Assembly (NCBI GenBank): GCA_965215505.1
Contig: OZ244065.1
Coordinates: forward strand, 1,152,001 to 1,216,000
Direction of reading: 5' to 3'
Source of the DNA: Capsulimonadaceae bacterium
GTDB lineage: Bacteria > Armatimonadota > Armatimonadia > Armatimonadales > Capsulimonadaceae
Length of the DNA stretch: 64,000 bases
Positions 60,673-64,000 of the stretch are shown here, in pieces. Under the pieces are notes generated by a model. It did not search any database, was not told the origin of the DNA, and saw only the letters and a list, made by a program, of their open reading frames with translations. The stretch's first letter is position 1. Each line of letters opens with the position of its first letter. The position numbers and the translations under genes are program-made.

Positions 60673-61655
60673 GGTCGGCACCACCATTCTTGATAAGTCT
60701 CCCATTCCGACGGCTGGGTCGTATAGTCGGCGAACGGGGCGATCCCGGCGATGACGGAGGGGTCGGCCTGAGTGTCGGCAAGGCCCTCTCGGACGCCGAG
60801 GAGCGCCATGCGGATGTTCTCGGCGGGGGCGTGGTGCGACAGGCCTCCGGCCCCATAGGTCGGCAGGCCGAACAGGACCCGGCAGCGCGGGCTGCTGCGC
60901 TCGACGGCCCGCGTGACATGGACGGCCTGCTGATGGACCAGCCAGACGTAGCCGCGCGGCAGGTAGATTCCCGAATCGTAGCACATGACCACTTCCTGGT
61001 CGCAGAGGCGCGCGACGGCACCGAAATCGGCTTCCCGCCAGCCATGCCGGCCGATCGGGATGGGAAGCCACAGAGGGACCGCGACGGACAGCAGTTTGCC
61101 GGGCGGCAGGGCGGCGCGCGTCTCGCGCAGGAGACGGAGCAGATCGGCGTCGCCGCTCGGGCAGATCTCGCAATCCCACTGGACGCCGTCGAACCCGCAG
61201 ACGGTCACGAGCCAGACCGCCTCCCATACCATCACCCTCCGCACCTCGGGCCGGGACAGGTCCACGCCGCCCCTGTCCGCCGCGTTCCCGGCGTAGACCC
61301 AGGCGATGAGTTTGACCGTCGGCGCTTTCCGGTGGAGCGGCGCGACCAGCCGCGCGGCGACATCGGGGCAGTGATGGCGCAGCGCCCCGTTCTGTGTCAC
61401 GTCGCGGACGTGGAAATAGGCGTAGCGGATTTGTTCGGTCTTCAGGCGCTCGGCGAGGCCCGGCACGTCCGTTTCCTGACCGAAGTACCAAGTATATCGC
61501 AGCCACAGCCCGTTCTCGCCCCGGTTGAACGTGGGACCGACGGGGTGTGCCAAGTGAGGATAGCAGACGTAATCCAGAAGAAGCAGGCCCAGCAGGACAC
61601 CGGCGACCGCGATGCAGCGCCGCCGCAGTCGCCGCTTGTGGGCGGGAGACTTCAT
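60669..61655 (-). CDS. GH18-like TIM-barrel protein with N-terminal anchor
   Basis: GFDGVQWDCE, LSVA, D..VVMCYD, GLPTY. Confidence 0.65.
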   Translation of the reverse strand: MKSPAHKRRLRRRCIAVAGVLLGLLLLDYVCYPHLAHPVGPTFNRGENGLWLRYTWYFGQETDVPGLAERLKTEQIRYAYFHVRDVTQNGALRHHCPDVAARLVAPLHRKAPTVKLIAWVYAGNAADRGGVDLSRPEVRRVMVWEAVWLVTVCGFDGVQWDCEICPSGDADLLRLLRETRAALPPGKLLSVAVPLWLPIPIGRHGWREADFGAVARLCDQEVVMCYDSGIYLPRGYVWLVHQQAVHVTRAVERSSPRCRVLFGLPTYGAGGLSHHAPAENIRMALLGVREGLADTQADPSVIAGIAPFADYTTQPSEWETYQEWWCRP

Positions 61656-62188
61656 CGCCCGTCATCCCCGCCCAGCGTCTTCTCCAGCAGCAGAAGCTCT
61701 CGGGGGATGCCGAACCAGTTTATCCACTCGATGACGCCGCGCTCCTCATAGCCCGCCCGGCGGTACAGGGCGATGGGCGGGGCGAAGGCGCGGATGGCAT
61801 CCAGGCGGATGGCCCGGCAGTCCTGCTCCCGCGCCAGGCGCTCCACTTCGGCCAGGCACCAGCGGCCAAGGCCTTGCCCCTGGCGACCAGGCAGGACGGC
61901 CAAGCGGGAGAGGTAGGCGGCACGGGCGGCCGGCTCGGCCCACAGGGATGCCGACTGTTCGGGCCAGCCGGACAGGCCGAAGGTGAACGTCGCCACGGGC
62001 TGGCCGCCGTCCAGCACGGCGTAGACGTCTTTCTCGGCGGCGTGACGCCGCATCAGCTCGATGGGCGGGGGCGGCACCCAGAACGTCAGGCCGAAGCGCG
62101 CGCCGATGTCCTCGCCGCAAAGCCGGACGATCTCTTGGAGCGGCTCGATCTCGTCGGGTGTGGCTTTGTGGAGTGTCAGTGGTGGCAT
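61652..62188 (-). CDS. GNAT N-acetyltransferase
   Basis: YLSRLAVLP..QGQGLG, IRLD, LY.RAGY. Confidence 0.85.
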   Translation of the reverse strand: MPPLTLHKATPDEIEPLQEIVRLCGEDIGARFGLTFWVPPPPIELMRRHAAEKDVYAVLDGGQPVATFTFGLSGWPEQSASLWAEPAARAAYLSRLAVLPGRQGQGLGRWCLAEVERLAREQDCRAIRLDAIRAFAPPIALYRRAGYEERGVIEWINWFGIPRELLLLEKTLGGDDGR

Positions 62189-62191
62189 TGT

Positions 62192-62458
62192 CTAATCCGC
62201 CCGATACCAGACGCGGACGAACTGGACCCAACTGCCGGTGGTGGGCGTGCAGGGCAAGTTGCCATTGCCGCTCTGCACGCCCTTCCAATCAGGATCGGGC
62301 GCGACGACGGTTTCCACGTTGATGACTGCCACCTCCTGCTCCCGTATCCACTCGTTCGCCGCCGCGACCACCTGTGTCACGGTTTCAAGCAGGGGCGGCT
62401 TGATGAAGCCCTGCTTCCGTATCTGCTGCGGCACGAAGTCTTTGAACGCGATCATCAC
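62192..62458 (-). CDS. Hypothetical protein
   Basis: FKDFVP, AANEWI, VINVETV, QFVRVWY; in operon. Confidence 0.7.
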   Translation of the reverse strand: MMIAFKDFVPQQIRKQGFIKPPLLETVTQVVAAANEWIREQEVAVINVETVVAPDPDWKGVQSGNGNLPCTPTTGSWVQFVRVWYRAD

Positions 62459-62464
62459 TTGCCT

Positions 62465-64000
62465 TCACCCTTCCCGCGAGCCTGCCTCAGACACACGCTC
62501 GGCCAGGAGATTGCCGCTGGGCTGGTAGAGGGCAAGTCCCGTCACCCGCCCCGCGTCCTCCTTCTGGAACTCGATCCGGTGGCCGCTCAGGCCTTCCACT
62601 TCAAACGTCGTCCCGCGAACGGGGCGGAGCGCGTAAGGCGACTGGCCGGGGAAGAGGGCCTGGAGCGTGCCGTCTTCCAGCAGGCGGATGAGGAGCGGAC
62701 GCCCGCCGAGCGTGTAGTCGCCGGCGAACGCCTCCAGGAAGGCCGGGTCGCGCAGGGCGGGGTCAGCGGCGCGGGCGAAGACGATGTCGGCGACCTGCGG
62801 CTCGAAGGCGATTTGCAGGCTGGCGATCTCGCCGCTCCAGTCCGTCTCGAACCGCACCTTGCGCCGCTCCAGGTTGTTCAGCTTGTCGGGAGGCGTCTCG
62901 AAGACGTCATAGTGGAAGTGATGCAGGGGCGACGTGAAGCCGTGGAAACCGATCCCCAGGCCCTCGCCGTCCGGCTTGATCTCGACAGCGCCGTAGGCAG
63001 GGTGTTTGTAGAGGCCGGGGTAATCGGAGAGCGCGTGCGACGGGCGCGTGTCCGGCTTGCGCGGCGTCAGCCCCCGGTCTTTGGCGGTATCCTCGGCGGC
63101 CTTGCCCTGGGCGACCAGTTCCTGGAGGCGCGCGCTCCACGCGACAGGCTCAAGGCCGAGGAGCCGGTCGTAGACTTGGTACATCAGCACGGACGGCAGG
63201 GACGACCCGGAGATGTTGCACAGGGCGACGACGCCCAGCCCGTCCTGCGGCAGAAACGAGAGCAGGGTCGAGAAGCCGGGCAATGCCCCGCCGTGCTGGA
63301 CCAGCTTGTGGCCCCGGTAGGAAGTGACGACGAAGCCCATGCCGTATTGGGAGTGGCCGAGTTCGGGGAAGGGCGAAACATCGGGGATGACCATCTGCGG
63401 CGTCTGCATCTGCGCGACATCCTGCTCCGACAGCACCACTTTGCCCCGGAATCGCCCGCCGTCCAGGTGCATCTGCACATAGCGGATCAGGTCGGCGACG
63501 CAGGAGTTGGCGCTGCCCGCCGGTCCCAGTGCGGCGTCCTCGTAGTAGGGGACCTCATTCACCTGCTCCGCGTCGTCCTTCTTGTAGGGCCGGGCGGCGT
63601 CGGCCTCTTTCCGCAAATCGGGGATGGAGGTACTGGTGCGGCTCATGCCCAGCGGCTTGAACAGGGTGCGCCGCACGGCCTCCTCCCAGGTGGTCCCGGT
63701 CAGCTCGCCCGCCAGATGGCCCGCCGTCATGTACATCAGGTTCTGATACTGGTAGGCGCTGCGGAAGTCCTTGCTCGGCTCCAGATGGCGCAGGCGCAGG
63801 TACAGTTCCCGGCGGGAGAGGGTGGCCCCATACCACGCGAAGTCATGGCGCGGCAGGCCGGAGCGGTGGGTGACCAGGTCGCGCGCCGTCATGCGGTCGG
63901 TGGCGACCGGGTCCCAGAGCCGGAAGTCGGGCAGGTATTCGCGGACGGGCCTGTCCCAGTCCAGCCTGCCCTGCCGGACCAGGGCGGCCAGGGTGGCGAC
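62465..64000 (-). CDS. Serine hydrolase (class C beta-lactamase-like) with DUF3471 (5' end outside window)
   Basis: LDWD.PVR.YLP.F, DL.THRSGLPRHD, YQYQNLMY, HGGALPGF, Y.G.Y.HPAYG. Confidence 0.9.
   Translation of the reverse strand, partial: VATLAALVRQGRLDWDRPVREYLPDFRLWDPVATDRMTARDLVTHRSGLPRHDFAWYGATLSRRELYLRLRHLEPSKDFRSAYQYQNLMYMTAGHLAGELTGTTWEEAVRRTLFKPLGMSRTSTSIPDLRKEADAARPYKKDDAEQVNEVPYYEDAALGPAGSANSCVADLIRYVQMHLDGGRFRGKVVLSEQDVAQMQTPQMVIPDVSPFPELGHSQYGMGFVVTSYRGHKLVQHGGALPGFSTLLSFLPQDGLGVVALCNISGSSLPSVLMYQVYDRLLGLEPVAWSARLQELVAQGKAAEDTAKDRGLTPRKPDTRPSHALSDYPGLYKHPAYGAVEIKPDGEGLGIGFHGFTSPLHHFHYDVFETPPDKLNNLERRKVRFETDWSGEIASLQIAFEPQVADIVFARAADPALRDPAFLEAFAGDYTLGGRPLLIRLLEDGTLQALFPGQSPYALRPVRGTTFEVEGLSGHRIEFQKEDAGRVTGLALYQPSGNLLAERVSEAGSREG

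Overview
High-GC bacterial chromosomal window. Gene content suggests Armatimonadota (Capsulimonas-like); this is an inference from a DUF1559/H-X9-DG pilin-like protein, a VPE-ST-SFGLLL-type PEP-CTERM protein and a PAS-RsbT fusion. It holds about 60 CDS: housekeeping genes (serS, cysD, cysN, nnrD, FKBP, tpx, a uvrA paralog), signalling proteins, secreted glycan-active and beta-propeller proteins, and decaying toxin-antitoxin loci. There is one tRNA-Gln(UUG), followed by an HNH gene, and several REP-like palindromes. No CRISPR, rRNA, integrase or transposase was seen. The most notable observations are: (1) a promoter-bearing 128-nt tRNA-mimic RNA (58608-58735, minus) whose anticodon loop is replaced by a branched insert; (2) an ECF sigma factor fused to a nucleotidyltransferase and translationally coupled to a divergent UvrA; (3) a Cys/Pro-rich DUF2946-like leader ORF in front of a DUF1559 gene; (4) a 108-bp promoter plus 5'-gene-end duplication bracketing a two-gene cassette; (5) cysD and cysN split by five accessory ORFs; (6) many predicted leaderless promoters. 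All calls are by-eye motif recognition; no searches were run.
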